Positions 54,492 through 63,315 of a stretch of DNA of 64,000 nucleotides are shown here, in pieces. Below the pieces are notes generated by a model. The model had not been told where the DNA came from. It was given only the letters and a program-made list of their open reading frames with translations, and did not search any database. The stretch spans positions 241,786 to 305,785 of the forward strand of contig JAEZRQ010000006.1 in the NCBI GenBank assembly GCA_023444045.1, read 5' to 3'. Every line of letters begins with the position of its first letter. Within the stretch, counting starts at the first letter, position 1. Origin of the DNA: Candidatus Parcubacteria bacterium. GTDB lineage: Bacteria > Patescibacteriota > Patescibacteriia > Patescibacteriales > UBA12465. The position numbers were made by a program, and so were the translations under genes.

Positions 54492-55244
54492 ATGTTTAAA
54501 GAGCTTTTTAAATATGGATCCGGCCCAACTCAAGTAAAGAGAGAGTACAATAGAAGATATAATTTATATGTAACACCACTTTATCTTTTGATGTTTTTTA
54601 TTTTTTTAAGTTGCGCCTTAGCTCTTTATTCAATAGTGTTTAGCGACCACTATTACTTTATTATTATCTTTTTATTTATTTTAGGACTAACCTATATTTT
54701 TGTAAATTTTTTTGGCAGAAAAATATTAAAAAATGAATATAGTTATGGGATTGGAAATATGGCGGAAGAATCAACAGTGGCGAAGTTAACATTATTAGGT
54801 GATGAGTTTAAAGTTATAAATGACATTTCTAAAGGGGAAGATAAAGAGAATATTGATCATGTAGTTGTTGGTCCGACTGGGGTATTCGTAATTGAAACCA
54901 AAAGTAATATTAAAAGTAGTATTTTTTATTATAAAAATGGATTAAGAAAAACAAGTAATTTTGGTTATAAGGCAATAAAGCAAGTATCTAGAAATGCGGT
55001 TTGGATAGGTAAAAAAATTAATGAATATTTAAATACAGGTATTTGGGTTCAAGGATTAGTAGTAAGACCATTAAAAGAGAATAATGTGCTCCAATGTTAT
55101 TTTAATAATAAAGTTTGTGTTCTAAGTGGTGACGAAATCTTTAAATATATAAAAGACTATAAATATAAGTTAAGCGCGAGAGAAATTGGTGAGATTTATA
55201 CTTTATTAGTAAAAATAAAAAAAACATCTAATATAAAGATATAG
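54492..55244 (+). CDS. Membrane-anchored NERD (nuclease-related domain) protein
   Basis: Two N-terminal TM helices are followed by GNMAEESTVAKLTLLGDEFKVINDISKGEDKENIDHVVVGPTGVFVIETKS, the typical NERD pattern (IDH..v...G.f.IE.K). Confidence 0.75.
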   Translation: MFKELFKYGSGPTQVKREYNRRYNLYVTPLYLLMFFIFLSCALALYSIVFSDHYYFIIIFLFILGLTYIFVNFFGRKILKNEYSYGIGNMAEESTVAKLTLLGDEFKVINDISKGEDKENIDHVVVGPTGVFVIETKSNIKSSIFYYKNGLRKTSNFGYKAIKQVSRNAVWIGKKINEYLNTGIWVQGLVVRPLKENNVLQCYFNNKVCVLSGDEIFKYIKDYKYKLSAREIGEIYTLLVKIKKTSNIKI

Positions 55245-55267
55245 TAGTAATAATAAGTAGCTTATTT

Positions 55268-55295
55268 TTGACAAAATAATATTTTAGGATATAAT
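55268..55295 (+). promoter_or_regulatory. Consensus sigma-70 promoter for the 61-aa ORF
   Basis: TTGACA (55268-55273), 16 nt spacer, TATAAT (55290-55295). Confidence 0.6.
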
Positions 55296-55342
55296 TTTAT
55301 TCTATATAAATAGTAAATTAAAAATAAAAAGGAGGATAGCGT

Positions 55343-55528
55343 ATGGAGAAAAAAGACTGTTTTTCTGCTTTGGATGGAGCGTGTCCGCCCATAGAAGAGA
55401 GTGATTCTAATGTGGTAACATTACCTCAAGAGTCACCTCCAAAAAAAGGAAATCACAGTTCACTGATTGATGATCTTAATGTTGGTGAGCTGATTGATGA
55501 GATAATGGAATTAAAGGAGGGTTCATAA
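55343..55528 (+). CDS. Hypothetical small acidic protein (61 aa) with a canonical Shine-Dalgarno
   Basis: The ATG is preceded by AAAAGGAGGATAGCGT. It has its own promoter and terminator. No family recognised. Confidence 0.5.
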   Translation: MEKKDCFSALDGACPPIEESDSNVVTLPQESPPKKGNHSSLIDDLNVGELIDEIMELKEGS

Positions 55529-55543
55529 GGACCTTCTTTTTTT
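55514..55543 (+). terminator. Rho-independent terminator overlapping the 61-aa ORF stop
   Basis: AAGGAGG-gttcataagga-CCTTCTT followed by TTTTT. Confidence 0.55.
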
Positions 55544-55602
55544 ATTTATTATTTAACCTTTTTAAGGTATAATTACCTTTATAATTAATATAACTGTTAT
55601 TT

Positions 55603-56001
55603 ATGATTATTCGCGAAAGTAGTGTATTTCATGGGCGCTCAGCTGAAGAGCAAAAATTACAAATTAATCCAGAGACTGGTATTTCTCTTGATTATATGAA
55701 TCGCTTTCATCCAATAATTAGTTGGTATAATTTTGGCGGTTTAAGCGCTCTGAAAAATCAGGCTCTTAAAAAACCTTTTAGAGCAGAAAAATATAGTGAT
55801 CTTTACTCTCAATATAAAGAGGCGGTTAATGAATTAAATAAGGATAGGGTAGTGGCTTTAGATGCTTTGGCTGACCGTATTAATGAAATTTTATCCAACC
55901 CTGATAATATAGATGAAGATTCATTAGAAGAAGCAATTGAGGAATTATCATACCTTGTTTATAACGACAATCGGGCTTCTTTGAAGAAGTTTGCGGCTTA
56001 A
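55603..56001 (+). CDS. Hypothetical protein (132 aa)
   Basis: ORF only. No family recognised. Confidence 0.5.
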   Translation: MIIRESSVFHGRSAEEQKLQINPETGISLDYMNRFHPIISWYNFGGLSALKNQALKKPFRAEKYSDLYSQYKEAVNELNKDRVVALDALADRINEILSNPDNIDEDSLEEAIEELSYLVYNDNRASLKKFAA

Positions 56002-56011
56002 TTTAATTTTT

Positions 56012-56578
56012 ATGAAAAATGCAATTATAATTCATGGCACCTGCGGAGAAGAAGAATATTTTAGTGATAAGTACCCCTCTCTTTCAAATAGTCATTGGCT
56101 ACCTTGGTTACAGAAACAACTTTTGATTAAGAATATTTTTACTCAAACACCAGAGATGCCTGAGGCTTATGCTCCTGACTATGAAAAGTGGAGCAGGGAA
56201 TTTTCTAAGTTTGAGGTTAACGAAAGCTCTGTTTTAATTGGGCATAGTTGTGGAGGAGGGTTTTTACTAAGATGGTTATCAGAAAATAAAATAAAAATAG
56301 ATAAATTAATTTTAGTCGCCCCTTGGCTTGATCCAGAGAGAGAAAAAACAACAGATTTCTTTGATTTTGAATTAGATAGTAAGATTATTGATAGGATTAA
56401 TGAGTTTTATTTACTTGTCTCAACTGATGATGAAGCAGATATTTTACAATCAGTTAGTTTTATAAAAAATAAGCTGCCCGATATTATTTATCACGAATTT
56501 AAAGATTGTGGACATTTTTGTTTTAGTGATTTAAAAAGTGAAAAGTTTCCTGAGATTTTGGAATTGATAATAAAATAA
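56012..56578 (+). CDS. Alpha/beta serine hydrolase, YdeN/RBBP9-like family
   Basis: AIIIHG...SHWLPWL, nucleophile elbow GHSCGG, LVSTDDE and CGHF give the Ser-Asp-His order and ~190 aa size typical of this family. Start set at ATG 56012. Confidence 0.7.
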   Translation: MKNAIIIHGTCGEEEYFSDKYPSLSNSHWLPWLQKQLLIKNIFTQTPEMPEAYAPDYEKWSREFSKFEVNESSVLIGHSCGGGFLLRWLSENKIKIDKLILVAPWLDPEREKTTDFFDFELDSKIIDRINEFYLLVSTDDEADILQSVSFIKNKLPDIIYHEFKDCGHFCFSDLKSEKFPEILELIIK

Positions 56579-56586
56579 GCTGTTCA

Positions 56587-56916
56587 ATGAAAAATAATCA
56601 TCAAGTAAAAATTTCATCTTTTGCAAATCAGGTTTACCAGGCGACTGCGATGATCCCGGTTGGTAAAGTCTCCACCTATGGCGCTATCGCCCGTTTCTTA
56701 GGTAGACCACAAGCCGCTAGAGCGGTTGGCGGTGCTTTGCATGTTAATCCTTTTGCCCCTAAGGTTCCCTGCCATCGGGTAGTTAAAGGTGATGGTTCTT
56801 TAGGTGGTTTTGCTGGCGGTTCTAAAAATAAAATAGCCCTACTTAAGAAAGAAGGGGTTGTCTGTAAGAATAATCGCCTGGTTAATTGGGTGGATATTTT
56901 TTTTAATTATGAATAA
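56587..56916 (+). CDS. MGMT-family DNA-binding/alkyltransferase domain protein (C-terminal domain only)
   Basis: IPVGKVSTYGAIARFLGRPQAARAVGGAL...VPCHRVV, with the PCHR active-site motif present. Confidence 0.8.
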   Translation: MKNNHQVKISSFANQVYQATAMIPVGKVSTYGAIARFLGRPQAARAVGGALHVNPFAPKVPCHRVVKGDGSLGGFAGGSKNKIALLKKEGVVCKNNRLVNWVDIFFNYE

Positions 56917-57067
56917 ATATTATTTTAAATTAGCTACCTGTATTCTTTTAGTTGTCATTGGTTTTTTTATTTTTATTTATGGAGGCTATGATGATAGTCC
57001 AGGCGCTCAACTATTGGGATTAGTAATCTTTCTATTTGGGTTTTTTTTGATTATCAAAAAACATTGA
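56909..57067 (+). CDS. Small membrane protein (52 aa, two TM helices)
   Basis: MNKYYFKLATCILLVVIGFFIFIYGG...LLGLVIFLFGFFLIIKKH. The ATG overlaps the upstream stop codon. Confidence 0.45.
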   Translation: MNKYYFKLATCILLVVIGFFIFIYGGYDDSPGAQLLGLVIFLFGFFLIIKKH

Positions 57068-57150
57068 AAAAACTAGGACTAATAAAACTTTTTTAAGTAC
57101 CTAAAATCTGATATAATTAAACTTCTGATTTTTTATTTTTATTTTTAAGT

Positions 57151-58404
57151 ATGAAAAGAATATTCAACCTATTTAAGCAAAAGAAAAAATTTAAATTAAG
57201 CAAAAGGAGTATAATTATAGTAGGTGGCGTGGCAATACTTTTTGTTGCTAGCGCCTTTTTTTATTTGAAGACTAATTCTCCTGTAATTATAGATAATACA
57301 AATAAGGTCGACCAGGAAATAGAGGAAGTTCCGCAGGAAAAAATAGAATTAATTGAAATTCAGACTGGCGACACTTATAGCCAGGCAATGTCGCGTAGTA
57401 ATTTAGATACTCAAACGATTAATAAGATATATGAAGCTGCTCAAGACGTTTATGATCTGGCAAAAATCAGGGCCGGCTATAATTTAGAATTAATTTATGG
57501 TTACTCTAATAATATTTTTAGGGGTTTGGTTTATAAGATAGACACTGAGAAACAGTTAAGCGTTACCCTTGAAGAAGATAATTTTAGGGCAGAGATTAAA
57601 CCAATACCTTATGAAACAAAAATAGTAACTAGTGAAGGTGAGATTACTAGTTCACTTTATGAGGCGGCTTTAGCACAAGATATTGATGAGAGAGCTATTA
57701 TTGCTTTAGCAGATACCTTTCAGTGGACGATTGATTTTGCGATGGATCCACGTGTTGGCGATACCTTTAAATTCATCTATGAAAAAAGATATTTAAACGG
57801 CGAGTATGTTATGCCAGGAAAAATACTGGCCGGTAAGTATGTAAATAGTGGGAAGGAATATTTTGTTTATTATTTTACTGGTGAGGAGGATAATCAGGGT
57901 TATTTTGATGAAGAAGGCAATTCTGTCCAAAAACTATTTTTAAAAGCACCAGTAGCCTTTAAATATATTTCCTCTGGCTTTACCACTGGATTACGTTATG
58001 TTGAAGCTTTTAATGTTTCCACTGGTCATCGGGCTATTGATTACGCCGCGCCAGCTGGAACTCCTATTCGTTCGGTTGGCGATGGAACGGTTGTATTTGC
58101 CGGCTGGAATGGTTCCTACGGTAATATGGTTAGTGTGCGTCATAACGGCACCTATTCCACTAATTACGCTCACATGTCAAAAATGGCCGTTAAAAAAGGC
58201 GCTAAAGTAAAACAGGGTGATATTATTGGTTATGTTGGTTCAACGGGTTTTTCTACTGGTCCACACTTACACTATGAGATGGTTAAAAACGGCGTTAAAA
58301 TAAACCCTTTAACAGAAGTTCTGCCGCCAGGTAAATCATTGTCAGTTGAGAGTAAAGAATTATTTAAAGAGGCGATTAAAGTTTGGCAGAAAGAATTAAA
58401 TTAA
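57151..58404 (+). CDS. M23-family peptidoglycan endopeptidase with an N-terminal TM anchor and an OapA/LysM-like segment
   Basis: HRAIDYAAPAGTPIRSVGDGTVVFAG...GNMVSVRH...GSTGFSTGPHLHYE are the canonical M23 metal-ligand motifs. Confidence 0.9.
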   Translation: MKRIFNLFKQKKKFKLSKRSIIIVGGVAILFVASAFFYLKTNSPVIIDNTNKVDQEIEEVPQEKIELIEIQTGDTYSQAMSRSNLDTQTINKIYEAAQDVYDLAKIRAGYNLELIYGYSNNIFRGLVYKIDTEKQLSVTLEEDNFRAEIKPIPYETKIVTSEGEITSSLYEAALAQDIDERAIIALADTFQWTIDFAMDPRVGDTFKFIYEKRYLNGEYVMPGKILAGKYVNSGKEYFVYYFTGEEDNQGYFDEEGNSVQKLFLKAPVAFKYISSGFTTGLRYVEAFNVSTGHRAIDYAAPAGTPIRSVGDGTVVFAGWNGSYGNMVSVRHNGTYSTNYAHMSKMAVKKGAKVKQGDIIGYVGSTGFSTGPHLHYEMVKNGVKINPLTEVLPPGKSLSVESKELFKEAIKVWQKELN

Positions 58405-58471
58405 AATTGTTAAAAATCACTTTTTTTAGTATAATCTAAATTAGATTAATAAAATAATTAAGATAAAATTT

Positions 58472-59164
58472 ATGCCGTTTAAAAAACTTTTTAAGAAAAA
58501 ATTTGATGAAAAATTTGTGGCTTCTTTGATTGACCACACTAACATTGAATTGTCCGCCACTAAAGATGATATTAAAAAACTTTGTCAGGAAGCAATTCAA
58601 TATAATTTTCGTGGGGTTGATGTTCGCCCTAAATATGTTAGCCTGGTAAAAAAACAACTAGCTGGTACTAAAATTAAAGTAGTGGTTTTAATTGACCCAC
58701 CGATTGGGCTCAGTACCACCGCCCTAAGAGTTAAAGCTTGTAAAAAAGCGAAAGCTGATGGTGCTGATGAGCTTGATGTGGTGATGAATTTAGTTGATGT
58801 AAAATATGAACGCTGGAATAAAATTTTGAAAGATTTACAAAAAATTAGCGGTATTTTACCAACTAAGGTAATTATTGGCTCCGGCTATTTAACTGATGAG
58901 GAAGTTGTTAAGGCTTCTGAGATTGTTAAAAAATCAGGCGCAATTTGCGTAAAGACTGCCACTGAAAAAGACCCGCTAGAGAGAAGGGAACTAACAGAAA
59001 AAGCGCATCATTTAACCTTAATGAAAAAGGGTGCTCCAAAGCTTTTAATTAAAGCCTCAGCTCGTATTAGTAGTTTAGAAGATGTTAAATTAATGGTTGA
59101 AAACGGAGCCGATATTATTGGCACTAGTTCCGGTGTTAAGATTATGGCTGGTTTTAAAAAGTAA
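58472..59164 (+). CDS. deoC: DeoC/LacD-family aldolase (probable deoxyribose-phosphate aldolase)
   Basis: LIDHTNIELSATKDDIKKLCQEAIQYNF..VDVRPKYV, DVVMN and ICVKTAT (Schiff-base Lys context). Confidence 0.7.
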   Translation: MPFKKLFKKKFDEKFVASLIDHTNIELSATKDDIKKLCQEAIQYNFRGVDVRPKYVSLVKKQLAGTKIKVVVLIDPPIGLSTTALRVKACKKAKADGADELDVVMNLVDVKYERWNKILKDLQKISGILPTKVIIGSGYLTDEEVVKASEIVKKSGAICVKTATEKDPLERRELTEKAHHLTLMKKGAPKLLIKASARISSLEDVKLMVENGADIIGTSSGVKIMAGFKK

Positions 59165-59175
59165 TTTTTATCAAC

Positions 59176-59871
59176 ATGAAAAATAATTCAAAGAAGAAAA
59201 CCCTTCTTACTCCAGAAATACCTTTGGCAAAGGAAGATTTTAGAAAAACTTTTGAATGGCGTATTTTTAAGATTATGGCTGAGTTTATTGAGGGATTTCA
59301 ATTTATTGTTGATTTTAAAAAATCAGTCACTGTTTTTGGTTCAGCGGTCTTAAAAGAAGATAGTTTTCATTATAAAGCGGCCAGGAAGTTTGGTGAGTTA
59401 GTAGCTAAAAAGGGGTATGCGATGGTTACTGGCGGCGGTCCTGGTATTATGGAAGCAGCTAGTCGTGGTGCCTTTGAAAATGGTGGGGAGTCAGTGGGCA
59501 TTAATATTCAGTTGCCACACGAACAAGTGGTTAATCCTTATGTAACCAGGTCAATTAATTTTAATTATTTCTTTACTCGCAAGGTAATGCTTTCTTTTTC
59601 ATCTGAGGCTTTTGTTTTCTTTCCTGGTGGTTTTGGAACTTTAGATGAGCTTTTTGAAATGGTCACTTTAATCCAAACTAAAAAAATTATTCGTAGGGTG
59701 CCGATTGTTTTGGTGGGGCGGGCTTATTGGAGCCCACTGCTTAAGTGGATTAAAGAAGATTTATTTGAAAGACATGGAGCGATTAAGAAAGACCATTTAG
59801 AAATTATTAATATTGTGGATACCCCCGAAGAGGCCCTGAAATTAATTCTCAAACTGAATAAGAAGAAATAG
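59176..59871 (+). CDS. LOG-family (TIGR00730) nucleotide phosphoribohydrolase
   Basis: VTGGGPGIMEAASRGA and FPGGFGTLDELFE motifs. Confidence 0.85.
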   Translation: MKNNSKKKTLLTPEIPLAKEDFRKTFEWRIFKIMAEFIEGFQFIVDFKKSVTVFGSAVLKEDSFHYKAARKFGELVAKKGYAMVTGGGPGIMEAASRGAFENGGESVGINIQLPHEQVVNPYVTRSINFNYFFTRKVMLSFSSEAFVFFPGGFGTLDELFEMVTLIQTKKIIRRVPIVLVGRAYWSPLLKWIKEDLFERHGAIKKDHLEIINIVDTPEEALKLILKLNKKK

Positions 59872-59884
59872 GACTTGATTTAAA

Positions 59885-59914
59885 AAGAGCTGGAATTCTG
59901 ATTCAGCTCTTTTT
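59885..59914 (+). terminator. Rho-independent terminator after the LOG-family gene
   Basis: AAGAGCTG-gaattctgatt-CAGCTCTTTTT. Confidence 0.75.
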
Positions 59915-59983
59915 GTTTTGGTATTTTTTATTTATGCTATAATAAAAATGAGCCTTTAGGCCCTTTTTTAATGTTTTATAAAT

Positions 59984-61222
59984 ATGCTAAGCAAATTTTA
60001 TAATTTTGTTTTATATAAGCTAATTTTTCGCAATTTAACGCAAAATTTTCGCTACTTATTTTTTAGTCGCATAACAATTAACTCAGCTACTCAATTGATG
60101 GGTCTGTTTTTGCCAATTTTCCTTTATCAATTCATGGGGATGAGTATTTTAATGGTTTTGGTTTATTATTTAATTATTGATGTTCTTTACGCCTCTTTTG
60201 TGGTTACATCTTGTAAGCAGGTCATGAATCGTTTTGGCATTAAACGCTCTTTGCAAGTCAGTGTTCTTTTTGGAGCGACTTATTATTTAATTCTTTTTAC
60301 TATTAACCACTATTTACCGCTTAATGATGATATTTTTAAATTAGAAAAAGCTTTATTTCTGTTACCAGCTTTATTTTTCTCCCTATCTTTTCGTCTAACA
60401 CACTGGATTCCTTTTCATACTAATTTAGCTAAATTAACAGATAGAGGAATAAGAGCCAGACAACTTAGTTTAATGGAAGCGACCATGATGGCTCTTGGGG
60501 CGGTAATGCCAATCGTTGCTGGCATAATTTTAGAAAATCTTGGTTACGGCTATTTATTTATTATTGCCATCAGTGTCTATATTTTATCTTTATTGCCATT
60601 TAGTCTTTTGCCTAAAGTGGAAGAAAAGTTTTCCTGGGACTATAAAAAAACTTTTAAAACTTTATTTTCTAAAAAAATGCGCCCTAGTGTTATTGCTTAT
60701 ATGGGGGACGGTGCTGAAAGTGTTGTTGGTACAATAATCTGGCCAATATTTATTTGGCAACTTTTAGAAGGAAATTATTTTCAAGTGGGTTTAATTTCTT
60801 CGTTAATTATTGCAGTGACTATTTTGATGCAGTTCTTAATTGGTAGACCGCTAGATAAGATGGAAAACAAACAAAAGGTTTTGCGTTACGGAACTTTGTT
60901 TTATTCCTTCGGTTGGGTTTTGAAAGCTTTAATTGGCAGTGCGTTCCAGGTTTTTCTATTTTCCACTTATCATAATTTAAGCCGTGTTTTCTCAAGAACC
61001 TCATTTGATGCTTTAAATTACGACATTGCTGCTGATCAGGGTCAGTATGTTGATGAATACACTGTGGTCAGAGAAACAGCTATTCTTTTTGGAAAGATTT
61101 TGATGGCAATTTTTGTAATAATAATTTTACCTTATTTTGCCTTACGTCACGTTTTTTTACTGGCCGCCTTAGCTTCTTTAATGATGTCTTTCTTAAAAAA
61201 AGTAGATTCTTTTGAGCAGTAG
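59984..61222 (+). CDS. MFS-type transporter (12-TM-like)
   Basis: 412 aa polytopic protein with general MFS-like topology. Substrate unknown. Confidence 0.65.
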   Translation: MLSKFYNFVLYKLIFRNLTQNFRYLFFSRITINSATQLMGLFLPIFLYQFMGMSILMVLVYYLIIDVLYASFVVTSCKQVMNRFGIKRSLQVSVLFGATYYLILFTINHYLPLNDDIFKLEKALFLLPALFFSLSFRLTHWIPFHTNLAKLTDRGIRARQLSLMEATMMALGAVMPIVAGIILENLGYGYLFIIAISVYILSLLPFSLLPKVEEKFSWDYKKTFKTLFSKKMRPSVIAYMGDGAESVVGTIIWPIFIWQLLEGNYFQVGLISSLIIAVTILMQFLIGRPLDKMENKQKVLRYGTLFYSFGWVLKALIGSAFQVFLFSTYHNLSRVFSRTSFDALNYDIAADQGQYVDEYTVVRETAILFGKILMAIFVIIILPYFALRHVFLLAALASLMMSFLKKVDSFEQ

Positions 61223-61428
61223 TTTTGTGTAACAAAATGAGCTCATTTTCGTATACTAAAGTGAGGTCAAAATATATGATTTTACAAATTTGCAAAATTA
61301 ATCGCAACAACTTAAATGTCACTAGTGGCACTTATTTTGTTGATCCTATTTTTTGGATTAACTGCTATGAAAATGATTTTTGCAAATATTACTAAATACT
61401 AAAAATACATCAAAAAGCTAATGTTTAT

Positions 61429-61460
61429 AAGAACCATTTTCACATCAGGAAATGGTTCTT
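61429..61460 (+). promoter_or_regulatory. Perfect 11-bp-stem hairpin just upstream of the second MFS gene
   Basis: AAGAACCATTT-tcacatcagg-AAATGGTTCTT. It lies 30 nt before ATG 61490. Confidence 0.4.
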
Positions 61461-61489
61461 CGTTATTTAACAACTTAAAACAAGTAATC

Positions 61490-62665
61490 ATGAAAAAGAT
61501 TATTAGAAATTATCAGATCTTTATGTTATTTCAAGGTCTAGCCATTAGCTTTTTTTTCGGGACTTACCAATTATTTTTGGTTCAAAAAGGATTAAGCCTC
61601 TTAGAGATTAATCTGCTTAATTGTGGTTTTATGGTGGCAAATTTCATCTTTGAAATTCCTACTGGGGCAATTGCCGACTTCTTTGGTCGTAAAAAATCCG
61701 TTATTATTGGGCTCTCTATTTATGCTTTTTCCTTTTTAGTTTATTTTTTCGCCAGTTCTTTTTGGTACTTTTTAATAGCGGAAATTCTGGGGGCCTTAGC
61801 AGCCACCTGTGTTTCTGGGGCCTTAGAGTCCTTAGCAGTTGACGAGATTTATGAAAAAGGAGCGCAACATGATGCTGATGCTTTGTTTAGAAAGGCAGAG
61901 ATCAGAAATATTGGTGTTCTAATTGGTGTAATTATTGGCTCTTATCTTGGTCAATTCAATCTAGCTTTACCCTGGATTCTTAGTTCCATTACTTTTGCCT
62001 TTTTAGCAGTACTAACAAATTTTCTTTTTAAAGAGCAAAGGAATACTGTAATAACCGAGAAAGATGTTACTTCTACGAGAATTAAACAAATTGCCAAAGA
62101 TAGTGTTATCTATGGCTTGAAAAATAGGCGTTTAATGTTAGGTGTTTCTTTTGCAGCGATTCTTGCTTTTAGTTTTCAAGCGGTGAACATGTATTGGCCT
62201 ATTGTTTTTAAAGAAAACTTTGATCTTCCGGTAAAGTATATGGGGTTTATCTTCGCTGGAGTTGTTCTAAGCACTTACGGAGCCTCTCAGTTATCAAAGT
62301 GGTGGCAGAGTAGAATTAGTTGCGAGAAAAAAGCAATTTTCTTTTCTCAGATTTTTACCTTATTAGGGCTTATTGGTTGTTATTTTTTTCTTGATTTATC
62401 CTCGTTTCTCGTCTTCTTCTTACTACACGAAGCTGGGCGCGGTCTGTTTAATCCGCTTTATCGCTCCTATGTAAACAAAAGTATAGATGATAAGAATCGG
62501 GCAACCGTTTTATCTTTTGAATCAATGATTGTCAAAGGTGGCGCAGGGTTAGGATTAATTGTCAGTGGTTTTTTAGCTGATAGTCTTGGTATCTTAAACA
62601 CGTGGCTTATTGTCTCCTTAATCCTTGCTCTGGGAATTATCTGTTTTTGGTTCAAAAATAAATAA
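61490..62665 (+). CDS. MFS transporter
   Basis: GAIADFFGRKKS is an MFS motif-A-like loop between TM2 and TM3. 12 TM helices. Start set at ATG 61490 (MKKIIRNYQ). Confidence 0.75.
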   Translation: MKKIIRNYQIFMLFQGLAISFFFGTYQLFLVQKGLSLLEINLLNCGFMVANFIFEIPTGAIADFFGRKKSVIIGLSIYAFSFLVYFFASSFWYFLIAEILGALAATCVSGALESLAVDEIYEKGAQHDADALFRKAEIRNIGVLIGVIIGSYLGQFNLALPWILSSITFAFLAVLTNFLFKEQRNTVITEKDVTSTRIKQIAKDSVIYGLKNRRLMLGVSFAAILAFSFQAVNMYWPIVFKENFDLPVKYMGFIFAGVVLSTYGASQLSKWWQSRISCEKKAIFFSQIFTLLGLIGCYFFLDLSSFLVFFLLHEAGRGLFNPLYRSYVNKSIDDKNRATVLSFESMIVKGGAGLGLIVSGFLADSLGILNTWLIVSLILALGIICFWFKNK

Positions 62666-62769
62666 GAAATTTGTTTTTAAAAGGGTTATTTTAAAAATAA
62701 CTCTTTTTAATTTGACGGAAAACGTTTTTATTAGTAATATGAAAATAAGTTATTTTAAAACTTAATATT

Positions 62770-63156
62770 ATGAAAGCATTTAAAAAAGTAAAAATTTTCG
62801 GCTTTGATTTTTTAGAAGCTGAAAAGGGATTCAAGATTGATGAGGCAGAAATTAAAACCGCCAAAGAAGTCTTAAAAAATGTGGGCACAGCGATTAATAA
62901 GACCACTGATCTGATTAATGAAAAAAAGTTAGTTAAGCCGATCTTTGATGTTGTTTATGGTTTTGGCAAAAAAATCATCATCTATTCATTTGTTGTATTT
63001 ATTCTTTCTGTCTTAGCAATTTTTATTATTAATAATTTTGCAGCTGAGGCGGCGATTTTTCTATTTCTTCTGGTTATTCTTAGGTTATTATCCACCATCT
63101 TTTTAATTTTAGGTGGAGTTTTGATTCTAATAGCCTACGCTTTTTTGAAATCATAA
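62770..63156 (+). CDS. Hypothetical membrane protein (128 aa)
   Basis: A soluble N-terminal half is followed by two TM helices. No family recognised. Confidence 0.45.
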   Translation: MKAFKKVKIFGFDFLEAEKGFKIDEAEIKTAKEVLKNVGTAINKTTDLINEKKLVKPIFDVVYGFGKKIIIYSFVVFILSVLAIFIINNFAAEAAIFLFLLVILRLLSTIFLILGGVLILIAYAFLKS

Positions 63157-63174
63157 GTAATTTGTGATTATAGT

Positions 63175-63206
63175 AAGACCTTCTTTTGGTAGTTGGTCTT
63201 TTTTAT
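63175..63206 (+). terminator. Rho-independent terminator
   Basis: AAGACC-ttcttttggtagtt-GGTCTTTTTTATTTTT. Confidence 0.6.
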
Positions 63207-63276
63207 TTTTAGAATTATTTCCTTAAAAATAAGCAAAAATACTAAACTTTTGGGGGCTTTATTTTTTTTTGATTTT

Positions 63277-63303
63277 AAACTATAATATATCCGCTTATAG
63301 TTT
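63277..63303. promoter_or_regulatory. Inverted repeat (candidate Rrf2 operator) overlapping a TATAAT box
   Basis: AAACTATAA-tatatccgc-TTATAGTTT is a perfect 9-bp inverted repeat. TATAAT lies at 63281-63286, 13 nt before the regulator ATG region. Confidence 0.45.
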
Positions 63304-63315
63304 AACTACAATAAT

